Below are positions 13,261 through 26,932 of a stretch of 64,000 bases of DNA, piece by piece. The position numbers were made by a program, and so were the translations under genes. The stretch lies in contig OZ024740.1 in NCBI GenBank assembly GCA_964016885.1, positions 236,034,001 through 236,098,000 on the forward strand, read 5' to 3'. The DNA is from Eledone cirrhosa. Taxonomy: Eukaryota. Below the pieces are notes generated by a model that was given only the letters and a program-made list of their open reading frames with translations, was not told the DNA's origin and did not search any database. Every line of letters starts with the position of its first letter. Position 1 is the first letter of the stretch.

Positions 13261-14099
13261 TGTGATTTAGTGTGATGTAGATTGATGATTCTTTGTTTAA
13301 TGCTGTCTGGTAGAGGTTTGTTAATTTTGTGAATGTTTGTGTTTAAGAAATCAGAAGATGATAAAAGAACAAGTGGTAAGGTTATTGTAGAAGATGATGG
13401 ACATCACAAAGAGGATAATACAAGATCAATTTGCTATATAGGAACCTCAGCCAACCCATTACAATAATCAAAATGATAATTAAAAAAAAACATGGTTCAG
13501 TCTGTGGTAGAGACACAATAGTCATGACTTTTATAAGCTTCCACAGATCATTAATGTTGATGAGGTTGAAGTGTTTGATGTTGAGTTTCTGTTTCTGTAG
13601 GTTGATGACTGCAGATAAATACAGCTACAGCGAAAAAGGATTAGATAATGTGTTTAATTCTGGGTTTTGGCAGGTTGAAACTCAGTAGGAATGATAATAG
13701 GAGCAAGAGTAGAGTGGAGTAAATCAGGTGACTTTGATAAGTGTTGTACACAGCTTGCTATTTTAATGGAGCAGGTATTGTTGCAGTTTATACTATAATA
13801 TATACAATGATATATAGACTGCACTAGTGGGAATATGCTATGTGTATGGAAGATGGTAGTTGGGCGAATAAATGCAAAGCAATATAAGTGGAAGGCAGTT
13901 GATAAAGAGGGAGACTGAGAAAAATATCAGAAATGGTAAATCCTGATCTCCGAAAGCCAAACCTCATGAGGGAGATACAAAAAACAGCACCATGTGGTGA
14001 TGTACTGTTCTGAAGAAGACCTGTTCAACCCATGCAAGCATGAAAGAAAATTCATAAAATTATGATGATGGTGATGGTTTTATATATATGTATCTTCAT

Positions 14100-14640
14100 A
14101 AGAATGGCTTCAATACTGGTGGTCTTGGCTTTCTTGAGGACCTCTGTATTGGTGACAGTCATTCCATGAGGTGAGTGTGTCTGTGATACAAGACCCATGA
14201 CTCAGAGTCATATACGAGAGTAGTAAGGACTGCAGCCCTGTAAATGCTGAGCTTTGTTCTGCTTTGAGGTTGTTCTCCACACTCTCTTGTTAAATCTCCC
14301 AAAGGCACTGCTGGCTTTGGCTAGTCTGGTGTCCAATTCCTTGTTGATTCTAGTATCTGTGAAAATGACACTCCCAAGATAGCAGAACTGCTGCACAGCA
14401 TACAGCTTGGCCTGTTTGATGAAAACATTTGGTGGATGGAATGTCTCCAGATTGGCAATATCACAATGCTTGGTGCTCTACCATCTGGCAAGCTACCAGC
14501 ACATTTGAGGCTAACCATCGTGTCAGCATAGAGGAAAGGAGAGCATGGCAGCAGGGCTATATCAGAATGAAGCCAAGCACAACCCAGACATTTCCCTGCA
14601 CTGAACTTAATATAACATGTAGACTGAAAAAAAAAAAAAG
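14100..14640. mobile_element. RTE (BovB-like) fragment with an inverted 5' part
   Basis: Minus strand VQQFCYLGSVI..INKELDTRLAKASSAFGRFNKRVWR (to ~14420) abuts plus-strand C-terminal AWCSTIWQATSTFEANHRVSIEERR..TFPC and an A-run. Confidence 0.7.
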
Positions 14641-15141
14641 AAACATTTTCAAGGCATTGGGATATAATTGCGTATTTGTGACCAGGCTGTCGTCATAAGG
14701 TTGCAACCTGAACCTTTATCAGCATGGAAAATATATAAGAAAAAAATTGAATTAATCCAGAATATATATGTAAAATCACTGTAGTGGTTTAAACAATCAG
14801 TGAAACTTCATAGAATTCAAAATTCTAATATGTTTATATTCTTATTGCTACAAAGAACATCAATGAATATAATTTTAAATATAATTATTTGTCAAAATAC
14901 ATTATAAATGCATTTTCCAAGCAAGAAATCGATGTACAGGGTTTAATATGATATAACTTAATTGAAATGTTACAACTAAAATGTTCTTACTGGTGCATAA
15001 GGAATGGTATATGGTTCGGAGAATTCTACCACTGAACATAATATTTTAAAATTTAATATTCCCCCATCTTTTCAACACCAAACATGTTGTGAGAGGGCGA
15101 TGGCATATCTTCTTACTAGATACTTGAAAGAATAAAAGAGT

Positions 15142-15185
<44 letters not shown>

Positions 15186-15359
15186 TAGTATATCTACCAA
15201 CATATGCGTACAGATGTACACTAATGCTAGCAAATACATAAGTTATGTCATAGTACCTAGGTGGTTCAATGCAGGAGGATGCAGAACAATAATATGAAAG
15301 ACGCAAAATAAGATAAATTTTTAAAAAAATTAAAAATTAACTTACTTAGTAAAATTTTC

Positions 15360-15441
15360 ACTCCAATTAATTAGTTTCTGTAATGGGATAAAGATAGTTA
15401 CGTAATATAACCATCGAAAATTCATTACGTCATCAGGGAGT
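15360..15441 (-). ncRNA. Type I hammerhead ribozyme (stem III mutated)
   Basis: Reverse complement of 16006-16087 but with GAAAC-TAATTA-ATT. Confidence 0.75.
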
Positions 15442-16005
15442 CTATTCTAAGCTAAGTCTCCAGGCAATGCGCGGATACTAGGGACTCATATAAAAATAAT
15501 AATAATTCGGTGGATGGAACAACTAGCGGGGACTGGATTCCATGCACTGAAAAAGTTCGCTGTCTCTGGTCAAATGGCAGATTCTAAAGAATCAATCACG
15601 TGACACTGAGGCTAGTCGGAAGGAGTGGGTTGGTAAGATGACAAGAGCCTACCACACTACCACACCAATGAATTAGTAGTGGATTTGGCAGTTTTGCTCA
15701 ACAAATAAATAATTTGGAGATAAATATATAGAATTAGTATATCTACCAACATATGCGTACAGATGTACACTAATGCTAGCAAATACATAAGTTATGTCAT
15801 AGTACCTAGGTGGTTCAATGCAGGAGGATGCAGAACAATAGTGTCACGTGATTGATTCTTTAGAATCTGCCATTTGACCAGAGACAGCGAACTTTTTCAG
15901 TGCACGGAATCCAGTCCCCGCTAGCTGTTCCATCCACCGAATTATTATTATTTTTATACGAGTCCCTAGTGTCCGCGCATTGCCTGGAGACTTAGCTGAG
16001 AATAG

Positions 16006-16087
16006 ACTCCCTGATGACGTAATGAATTCTCGATGGTTATATTACGTAACTATCTTTATCCCATTACAGAAACTAATTAGTTGGAGT
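16006..16087 (+). ncRNA. Type I hammerhead ribozyme
   Basis: actcc-CTGATGA-c-gtaatg...cattac-a-GAAAC-TAATTA-GTT-ggagt: 5-bp stem I, extended stem II, palindromic ACTAATTAGT stem III, GUU triplet. Confidence 0.88.
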
Positions 16088-16549
16088 GAAAATTTTACTA
16101 AGTAAGTTAATTTTTAATTTTTTTAAACATTTTTCTTATTTTACGTCTTTCATATTATTGTTCTGCATCCTCCTGCATTGAACCACCTAGGTACTATGAC
16201 ATAACTTATGTATTTGCTAGCATTAGTGTACATCTGTACGCATATGTTGGTAGATATACTAATTCTATATATTTATCTCCAAATTATATATTTGTTGAGC
16301 AAAACTGCCAAATCCACTACTAATTCATTGGTGTGGTAGTAGGCTCTTGTCATCTTACCAACCCACTCCTTCCGACTCGCCTCAGTGTCACGTGATTGAT
16401 TCTTTAGAATCTGCCATTTGACCAGAGACAGCGAACTTTTTCAGTGCATGGAATCCAGTCCCCGCTAGCTGTTCCATCCACCGAATTATTATTATTTTTA
16501 TATGAGTCCCTAGTGTCCGCGCATTGCCTGGAGACTTAGCTGAGAATAG

Positions 16550-16631
16550 ACTCCCTGATGACGTAATGAATTTTAGATGGTTATATTACGTAACTATCTT
16601 TATCCCATTACAGAAACTAATTAGTTGGAGT
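16550..16631 (+). ncRNA. Type I hammerhead ribozyme (next tandem unit)
   Basis: Same motif as 16006-16087, offset by 544 bp. Confidence 0.88.
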
Positions 16632-16718
16632 GAAAATTTTAGTAAGTAAGTTAATTTTTAATTTTTTAAAAAATTTTTCTTATTCTACGTCTTTCATATA
16701 TATATATATATATATCTA

Positions 16719-17130
16719 TCTAAGGCGGGTAAAATTCCCGAGATCCATGGACGAGTTCTCTCCAGCGGTCTCTGTCCCTCATTATCGCTGCCATATCCTG
16801 CATCTCCAACAGACCAGTGTCTGTCCTTAGGGCATCAACATATGTTAACCTTGATGGTGGATGTTAACTCAGATGGTGGATGTTAACTCAGATGGTGGAT
16901 GGGTGCTACACGAGAATGCTGAGGATGGCTCTGAACATTAATCAGTATACACTGAGGATGAAAAACTCAGAGCTGTATGGGAGCATCCCAAAAGTCAGCT
17001 CAAAAGTGACACAGAGAAGACTGAGGTTGGCTGGACATGCTCACCGACATCCAGAGTTGACATTGCACTCAGTGCTCCTTTGGGAGTCCCTACATGGACA
17101 CACTAGAAGAGGAAGACCAAGGTTAACATA
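16719..17130 (-). mobile_element. TA-associated RTE 3' fragment with 5' inversion
   Basis: The 3' end (..HGSREFYPP*) is on minus 16719-16853. The adjacent upstream ORF part ([21 protein letters not shown]) is on plus ~16885-17130. (TA)n on both sides. Confidence 0.9.
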
Positions 17131-19231
17131 TATATATATATTTCTCTATAAAGTTATGTTGGTACCACAGAACATCCAGTCCACACAAAAGTAGTCGTGT
17201 AGGTGTCACGACAAAAAGCACCCAGTCCACACTGTAAAGTGGTCATGTAGGAGACACAGTAAAAAGGCTCCTAGTCCACACTGTAAATATGGTTGGTGTT
17301 AGGAAAGGCATCTAGCTGTAGAAAACCTGCCAGATATAGTCCTATACGAGCGAGACACTATCACCCAACCAATCTTGCCTCAAGTGGGACAATTCCTGTC
17401 TAACCCATGCTAGCATGGAAGATAGACGTTAAATGATGGTCATGATGAAGATGATATATGTATATATATGTATCAAAATGGAGGCGGTAAAAACTAGTTA
17501 GACCATTACTTACTGGAGTACTCGATACTTGGGGTAGTAGAGTTTGGATCTAACTATTGAAATGGCCGAAGCTCAGACATCGGGGTACCGAATTTTTCAT
17601 ATTTCATATATATATTTATATGCTATCAAAAGTGTATATACTTTAATAATATTCGTCTTTTCTCTCTCAGTCTCGTTCTTTATCTTTTTTCTTGCATACT
17701 TTAATTTATTATTAATTACATAAATTTACATATTAGAATATCAATTTTATAAACCTCGCTTTTAACAGATTCAACTTATGTGCAGCCGGTTGTAGCACTC
17801 GGTGGTGAATTGAAGGTCGTTTTTTTTAACCTTATATATTTGTAAAGTATTGTATATATTATTTGTGTCTATTTTCATTGTGCAGCCGATTGTCATTTTT
17901 TTTTCTTTTTTTCCTTCATTTTTTTAAAGCTATTTTTATCTCTTTTTGCGTTTATATTTGTATATATTATATATGTTTGTTTTTTCGTTCTGTAAGCATT
18001 GTATTATTATATTTTTATCATAAAGTTTAATATAGAATTATAAATAATTTGTAATGTTATTTATATAATTGTGAATTCCATGTATCTATTTACTTTTCCA
18101 CGATATTATGATTTGCTGTAAATTACACATGAGCCTGTAAATAGATGATAATACGAACGAATTTTGATTGTAATGATAAAAACGAAATTTCAACAATGAA
18201 ATAAAAAAAACCAAAATCTGTAAGTTGTGTATTCAAAATAAATACTTTTTATTAAAAAAAAAAATAATGCCAATGCTAAACTTGGAATAAACAACTTTAA
18301 AACCTTAGGCCTTCTACTATTATATATATATTGAAGTTTTAAAGAACCATGACACTCCCGATTTTTGGCGCGAAATTACCAAAAATGTTGATGCCTAATC
18401 ACGTGATCTTCTTCAAACTATCAAATTGTACTTCAAACATGTAGCAATCTGAGCCACATTTTTTTGCATAAAATGAAAGAAATTCCCAACACAAATTAGC
18501 TGCAAGTTACAAGCCGGCGTAACTTCACATCTCTACATCTCTATTAACTTTTGAAAATCATGAAACTTGTGAAACCGGTAAAGTTATGAATTATTGTAAA
18601 TAAACCTTCTTGAAATCTCCAATTGTATTTTAAACTTCTTTTTCCTATATTTTTACCCGTGTGGGGTATATTAAAAAAACCTTACTTTCGAAAATATATA
18701 CACACGCGCGCGCACACACACACACACATATATATATACATATATATACTTCCGTAAAGAACTAATATCTACCTTCCATAATATAGGCCAAAATACATCT
18801 ATAGACACTAACCTAGCCAAGGCAGATTTTCTAGATGAAACACATCTTAACCACAGGTACGTACAAGCCCTTCTCCAGCCTAAATGAGAAACACATATAA
18901 AAAAATACTGCTTCTTCCACTTAGACTTTACGAGCCTGATTCCCAATATCAGCTGCAAAATATCTAATCTATCCTCCTTTAAAGCTATATTTGATAATTC
19001 AGCCGCTCACTTTGAGAAACTCTGATCTAGCCCATGGGCGAAACTACTGTGATTGAATATCACCTTTTAAACCGCTTCCACTTTAGACACAATCCTTTTC
19101 CATTTTTATAAAACATTCTATTCAAAATATACTATTCGCTATCCAAGCATTCAACTAGCACAGCTGCTCTTTCCTTCTTTATATCTTCACTCACAGATAC
19201 TATACAATTCTTCATTATTATAATAAACACA

Positions 19232-19450
19232 AAGGGTGGTGGCTTTGCAGAATCGGTAGAGCACTGAACAAATCCTTAGTAGTATTTGTTCCGGGTCTTT
19301 ACTCTGGGTGTTCAAATCCCGTCGAGATTAGCTTTTCCTTTCATTATTAAGGGGTCGATAAAATAAAGTACCAGTAGCGAACTGGGGTCGAGTTAATCGA
19401 CGTTTCCTTCTCCCCAAATTGTTGACCTTGTGCCTGTATCAGAACCCATT
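19232..19450 (+). mobile_element. tRNA-derived SINE (family A)
   Basis: A box TGCAGAATCGG, B box GTTCAAATCC, body GGGGTCGATAAAATAAAGTACCAG. Related copies at about 5000-5265, 21945-22125(-), 35530-35720, 39097-39315, 41020-41115(-), 47320-47480(-) and 57042-57228(-). Confidence 0.85.
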
Positions 19451-21291
19451 ATAGTAAACACATTCCTAAGAATATATCTACAGCTCTTTTATACTTTCAA
19501 GTATCCAATGAGAAGAACTCCTCTCCCTTTCACAACACATTTGGAAGTGAAAGGATGAGGGAGTAACAAATACTAAAATATTGTGTTCAGTGGTAGAGTT
19601 TACCAAACCATACTCTGGAGTACCTACAATGTGTCCCCTATACATCAACAAGAACATGTTTAATTGTAACAATCACTGTCAACTTGTTGTATTGAGTTTA
19701 TGAACTGGTCTCAAACTGTCGTCACCAAAATATATTTATTTTGAGAAAGTTCATACAACCTACAGGATCAATAAACTGTAACGAACAAGTGGAAATTTCT
19801 TTGAAATTCTTCGATTTAAAGAAAATTCTGTGACGTCAAATTATCTGTATTAGATAAAACTTTAAGGAATTGTCATTGTGTTCATTCTTGCATTTGTCAT
19901 AATATCGGCAATATTATTTATTTTGTTTATTGTATATCTCAAACCTTTCCACTTCGTTTTAGATCAAATCACTTTACCTTTTTTTTTCATTTCTTTTAGT
20001 TTATCTTATTCAATTACTCCGTTTTCTAGTTTTCTACTATTTAAAAAATACCTTCTAAGGCTACCGTCCAATGAAAGCATTACATTCCCATAATACCTTT
20101 TGTACACCTTGCACCCCTTTTTTCAAACTCTCTTTTGTTTTATCTTCCTTATCTTTATCTAAAGCTATTGTTCTTCCCCACCGCCAAATTAGAATAACAT
20201 TCCAGGCTCCTTTTTCTCCTAGCTTTACTCTTTCCTAATGAAGGAATAACGTCCGATACAATGAAGCATTCTATTTGCACATCAGTTTAAATATTACATC
20301 AGAATGTATCTTCCTTACAAACTCTTTCGTTTCACCTCATTATTCTGTTTACTCCTTTTGTCTCATGTTAATGTCTTTCCCAATCAAAGCCGACACACAT
20401 ACACATTACATTTCATAAACTATTGTTTGCATTTTTGTTAACTAGTAGTTTGTTTCTTTCCTTTCCCTTAGTATCCCGTTGTGTAGCAGTAATTTATTGT
20501 TCTTTTCAACGGAGTTGCTTTTACACTCTCAAACCGGCCACCAGGGAAGCTGACCTCTGTGGCCACATAGATAAGTTCCCATTCTGAATGGCTTTCGGGC
20601 GCCAATGTGTCAGAGATTTTGAGATATCAAAAGGTCATCCGTTTCTTCTCAGGTCTGGGAGACAAAGGAAGCGACATTCATAAATAGTTTGCCCTCAACC
20701 AAGCCATGCAGTTGAAGCAATTCTTCGTCCAGCTATAGTTGTTCCTCTTTTCTGTTTTCTCTCCAGCTACATTTTTTAAAATTTGCTTGTGTACCTTATT
20801 CAATAATTAAATTATTTATTTAGTTATATATTGGAATATTAATTGTATGAACTTCGTTTGCAACAAACTTAAGCAGTAAATTTTTAAATTAAAGACGACA
20901 TGCTGTTTTGAATTTTCAGCAGCGCAAAACTTGTGAGCAATTCTAAAAACCTCAGTCATATTGTTATTAGTATATTTAACTTTATGTTAAATATACTAAT
21001 GTAACAATACTCGTTATGTTAGTATATATTTTATGTTGAGTTCTCTCAAATGTATCTTTCCAGTGGTTTGTTCAAGCCGTCGTGCAGAGGAAGAAACGAA
21101 TGAGCAGAGAAAGGAAGGGAAAAACATTGAGAAAAAGCACGTATGTGTTCAGTCAGCTATTTTTGGGGAAAAACTAATTTGAGAAAATAGTCGTAAACAG
21201 AGTAAAAAGGTAAAACGGCAAGAGCTCAGCCGCCAGGCCCTGACCCTCTACTATATTTATATTCTACTATTCCAAGTGTCAAGTATTCTGC

Positions 21292-21362
<71 letters not shown>

Positions 21363-21375
21363 ATATATATATATA

Positions 21376-21580
21376 TTGTTATACTTTGGAAGTGTCATGC
21401 TGTCAATAAAAAGACACGCGCCTGTTGTTTTTCACTTCAATTTATTACAAATTTCCAGTAGGTTGGTTTAATAACCGGATGGTTGTCTATTTATTTATGG
21501 AAATTTGTAATAAACTGAAGTGAAATCCAACAGGTGCGTCTGTTTTTATTTACAGCATGACCCTCTCAAAGTATAACAAA
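21376..21580. repeat. Imperfect ~85-bp inverted repeat next to (TA)n
   Basis: TTGTTATACTTTG...AAATTTCCA versus TGGAAATTT...CAAAGTATAACAA; the same terminus occurs at 5868-5890 and 33515-33545. Confidence 0.8.
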
Positions 21581-22184
21581 ATCTGTTTCAACACACGTTT
21601 GCAGTTAAGAAATCTTATTAATATATACTGTGTACATCCGGTTTAGAATAACATTCCAACCTGCTTTTTCTCCTAGTTTTACTCTTTCCTAATGAAAGAC
21701 TAACGCCCGATACAAGGAAGCATTCTTTTTCCTTTTCCCACAAGAATGAAACTAATAAGATTATGTGTATTAGTATCTATGTTTATATATCTTAATCTTT
21801 GACTATATATATAAGTATATATATGTTACTAGGAAAACTAGGCAGGAAGAAATGGACAAGAGAATTTATTGTATGTTCATTCTTTAACATATGTTTCTGA
21901 ACAATTATATAACAGTCTACATCTGCTGCTGACTACATTATATAATTGTTTCTACTTTTGGCACAAGGCCAGCAACTACCCAGTGTATTACTGGTACTTT
22001 ATTTTATCGACCCCGTAAGGATGAAAGGCAAAGTTAACCTTGGCGGGATTTAAACTCAGAATGGCAAGGGCAGTAACTCTATGCGTCAAAGCATGGCGTC
22101 CGACCCTCTACCGATACTGCCAATCCCCTTTCGTTCGTATGCATTACGTGTCTGTAATAGTTTTTCCTGATTTTTCCTGGCACC

Positions 22185-22271
<87 letters not shown>

Positions 22272-22443
22272 GGAGCGCTGTTGGCTTTTCGCTGCAGGGT
22301 TTTCTATACCTTTCATTTATATATATATATATATATATATAACAAAGGAATTGTGGCAAGGAACCAGATGGACCATAACGCACCACAGTACTCAATACTT
22401 AGGGTAGTAGAGTGGGAAATAGGAAAAAGTATGACCCCAACGG

Positions 22444-22511
22444 CAGAGCTCAAGCCGTTTCGACGGCTATTTCTGGACTCAGAAATAGCCGTCGAAACGG
22501 CTTGAGCTCTG
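22444..22511. repeat. Perfect 32-bp stem hairpin with 4-nt loop
   Basis: CAGAGCTCAAGCCGTTTCGACGGCTATTTCTG-GACT-CAGAAATAGCCGTCGAAACGGCTTGAGCTCTG. Confidence 0.95.
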
Positions 22512-22748
22512 AATGTATATACAGTGTATTTTGCAATACACTGTATGCTTAATTAAAAGCATTTTGAAGACCATACGCTATTGTTTTAAAGTAGCGACAT
22601 TGTCGCTTACTTAAATTTTCGGCAGGCAGGGGGAGATAAGTTGACAGCGCTGTTTCGTACTGATTGGTACTTGTCAAAACTCAGTACTCTCCCTGACAGG
22701 GAGAGTACTAAGTTTTGTAATTGCAAACTTGACTGTCACCACTGAATA

Positions 22749-22787
22749 TGAACCTGAAGATTGCGAAAGCATGAAAGTACTTGTTCA
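22749..22787 (+). ncRNA. Minimal type I hammerhead ribozyme (39 nt)
   Basis: tgaac-CTGAAGA-t-tgc gaaa gca-t-GAAAG-TA-CTT-gttca: perfect 5-bp stem I, GNRA-capped stem II, AGTACT palindrome, CUU triplet. Confidence 0.88.
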
Positions 22788-22933
22788 ATTAACATTTAAC
22801 ATTTAATATTCTACCATACTATTTCATTATAATATCATAATTTTAAAGGATTGTAAATAAAACGAGTAATTCAGACCAAGTTGGAATTCCTTTTATTAAT
22901 ATAATCTTCTATACACAATCATACACACCCGTG

Positions 22934-24209
<1,276 letters not shown>

Positions 24210-24283
24210 GCAGATATGGACATAGAAAAAAAAGAATGCAATAGTGAAAGATATTGATGAGAATTCGTCTTTCACCTTGAATT

Positions 24284-24597
<314 letters not shown>

Positions 24598-24625
24598 CTA
24601 GCAGAAGTACCCGGCGTTGCCGGGT
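24598..24625 (-). mobile_element. Helitron 3' terminus
   Basis: Minus strand ACCCGGC-AAC-GCCGGGT hairpin, 7 nt, then CTAG|T; the rest is lost in the gap. Confidence 0.7.
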
Positions 24626-24825
24626 NNNNNNNNNNNNNNNNNNNNNNNNNNNNNNNNNNNNNNNNNNNNNNNNNNNNNNNNNNNNNNNNNNNNNNNNNNN
24701 NNNNNNNNNNNNNNNNNNNNNNNNNNNNNNNNNNNNNNNNNNNNNNNNNNNNNNNNNNNNNNNNNNNNNNNNNNNNNNNNNNNNNNNNNNNNNNNNNNNN
24801 NNNNNNNNNNNNNNNNNNNNNNNNN
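24626..24825. other. Assembly gap (200 N)
   Basis: Run of n. Confidence 1.
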
Positions 24826-24878
24826 GAGATACACAAATACACACACATTCATACATACATACATAGATACATACATAC

Positions 24879-26917
24879 TTGTCAGAGCCATAGAGAAGCT
24901 GTCTTCTTCTTGGACTACTATCCTAAGGTTAAAGACAGAGAGGGAGGACTCTATTTTCACTGATAAAATAAAATATTGCAGGGGTATATTTCAGGGGGGA
25001 CAGTCTCTCTGTGATATTGTTCATCTTGTCATTAAACCCCTTGTCCTTTCTGCTCAAGAAATGTGAGGGATATATCATTGGCTCACAGGAGGACAGAAAT
25101 ACGAACCTAACCCATAACTTCTTTGTGGACGATCTGAAACTCTATGCCAAGAACATGGATGGGATGAAGAAAAATCTTGACCTGGTTACAACGTTCTCAA
25201 AGGATATAGGAATGGAGTTTGGCCAAGATAAATGCTCATACATGACTGTAAAGCGGGGAAAAACAACAACCCAATCTAGCAACATTGTCATCAATGGTCT
25301 AACTGTTTCACCTATATCTGATGAGGACTGCTACAGATACCTGGGGATAGATGAGAACATATCCTATAATGGTATCTGTAATAAAGAACGCGTAACCAGG
25401 GAATACTACACCCGATTAAGAAAGATCTGGTCATCGGAACTCTCTGCGCAAAAAAAAAAAACAGTGGCTCACAATGTGTTTGCTGTGCCTGTCCTAACAC
25501 CAACGTTTGGAATACTCAATTGGACGATAGACGAAATCCGAGCAGTTGATGTTGGAACTCGAAAAATACTGAACAACACCGGAAATGTCCACATCAACAG
25601 TGACATAGACCACCTTTACTTGAAACGTAAGCAGGGAGGCAGAAGCCTAACATCAGTCCAGACAACATTTGAATGTCGCATCATATCTCTCCGACAACAT
25701 CTACGAACCTCGAAGCGTAGGAGCCCGCTTCTCGAGCAAGTCTATCTGCATGAAACAGATCAGATCGTGAGAGTTGGGAAGGAACTCCTTGAGAGATATT
25801 CCCTGTGTGATAATCAAAAATTCACACCCAGGGATGTTGCTCAGCAGTATCGCAGTGAATCCATGGATGAAAAACTGCATACCTATCAGCAAAAAATCAT
25901 GCAGGGATATTTTGCCAGGAAGCTCCAGAGTGAGAGTAATATAGATTAGGAAAGTAGTCTATCTTGGACCAACAATCGCTATATTGGCTCCCACTTTGAA
26001 GGATACGCTTTTGCAATCCAAGAACAGGAGATTAGCACGAAATACCTGATTCACAAAAGAGATAGGGATGCAGGCAAAACACCTAGATGTGATAACAAGT
26101 GCAGACTCTGCAGAACTAACATCGAGGATATCACCCATGTCATCAGCAGCTGTCCAAAGATGTCATCGCGGTACTATCTACCTATGAGGCATGATGTAGT
26201 GGCCAAAACACTGTACAATGCAGTTCGTAAAAAAGATAGCCCCGATAATAAACACATTAAAAGCTACAACAATGTGGAAGACATCCATGTACATAATATG
26301 AAAGATTACTGGTGGAATGTTCCAGTAAAAACCCCAATAAAATGCAGGCATAACAGACCAGATATTATGATATGGTACAGGGAGAAGAAAACATGCACAG
26401 TAGTGGAAATTAGCTGCCAAGCAGATGCCAATATAATATCAAAGATTAGTGAAAAGGAGAATATTTATGCAGAACTGATGAGAAATCTGCAGATACTCCA
26501 CCCTGACTACACCTTCAGATTTATGCCTGTGATTATTGGGGCACTGGGATATGTTAGTAACTGCCTCAATACAAATCTTGAGAAGCTAGGCTTCACAGGA
26601 ACAGAAAGAACACAACTAGTTAGGAAATTACAAGTGCAATCCATTAATAGAACAGTAAAAATATGTAAAACATTCCAAAAATGTTGCATCTAATAACTGC
26701 ATATACACATGTACAGATACAGAGCATAGACACATGCACACATACAACTCAAAACATACACATCCACACATACAATAACATCCATATCTACACATGCATA
26801 CATACATATCTACCTAGTTGATGTTGTGTAAATTCCAATGAGAGTGTCTTGTGTCTATGTTAGAAACCGACTCTCTCTCTATTGGTAAAACTTTGTGAAA
26901 TTATAAAACCAGAAGAA
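24879..26917 (+). mobile_element. 5'-truncated R4/Dong-like non-LTR retrotransposon (RT, CCHC, RLE endonuclease)
   Basis: GIFQG/DSLSVILF (frameshift in a G run), HNFFVDDLKLY, YRYLGI, one in-frame stop at 25947, CRLC..H..SSC, RHD, NRPDIMIW..VEISC. Flanked by (CATA)n on both sides. Confidence 0.92.
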
Positions 26918-26932
26918 CATACATACATAATA

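Larger units (their letters stand above)
15178..16697. mobile_element. Retrozyme-like tandem/inverted array of a 544-549 bp hammerhead-containing unit
   Basis: 15178-15840 is ~1.2 units on the minus strand (AGAATTAGTATATC at 15181 and 15730). 15841-16697 is ~1.6 units on the plus strand (ribozymes 544 bp apart). Pure (TA)n on both sides; no ORF. Confidence 0.85.

Noticed and set aside
18750-20400. Possible ancient LINE remnant with a short duplicate at about 21640-21725
   Set aside because: No diagnostic motif recoverable by eye.
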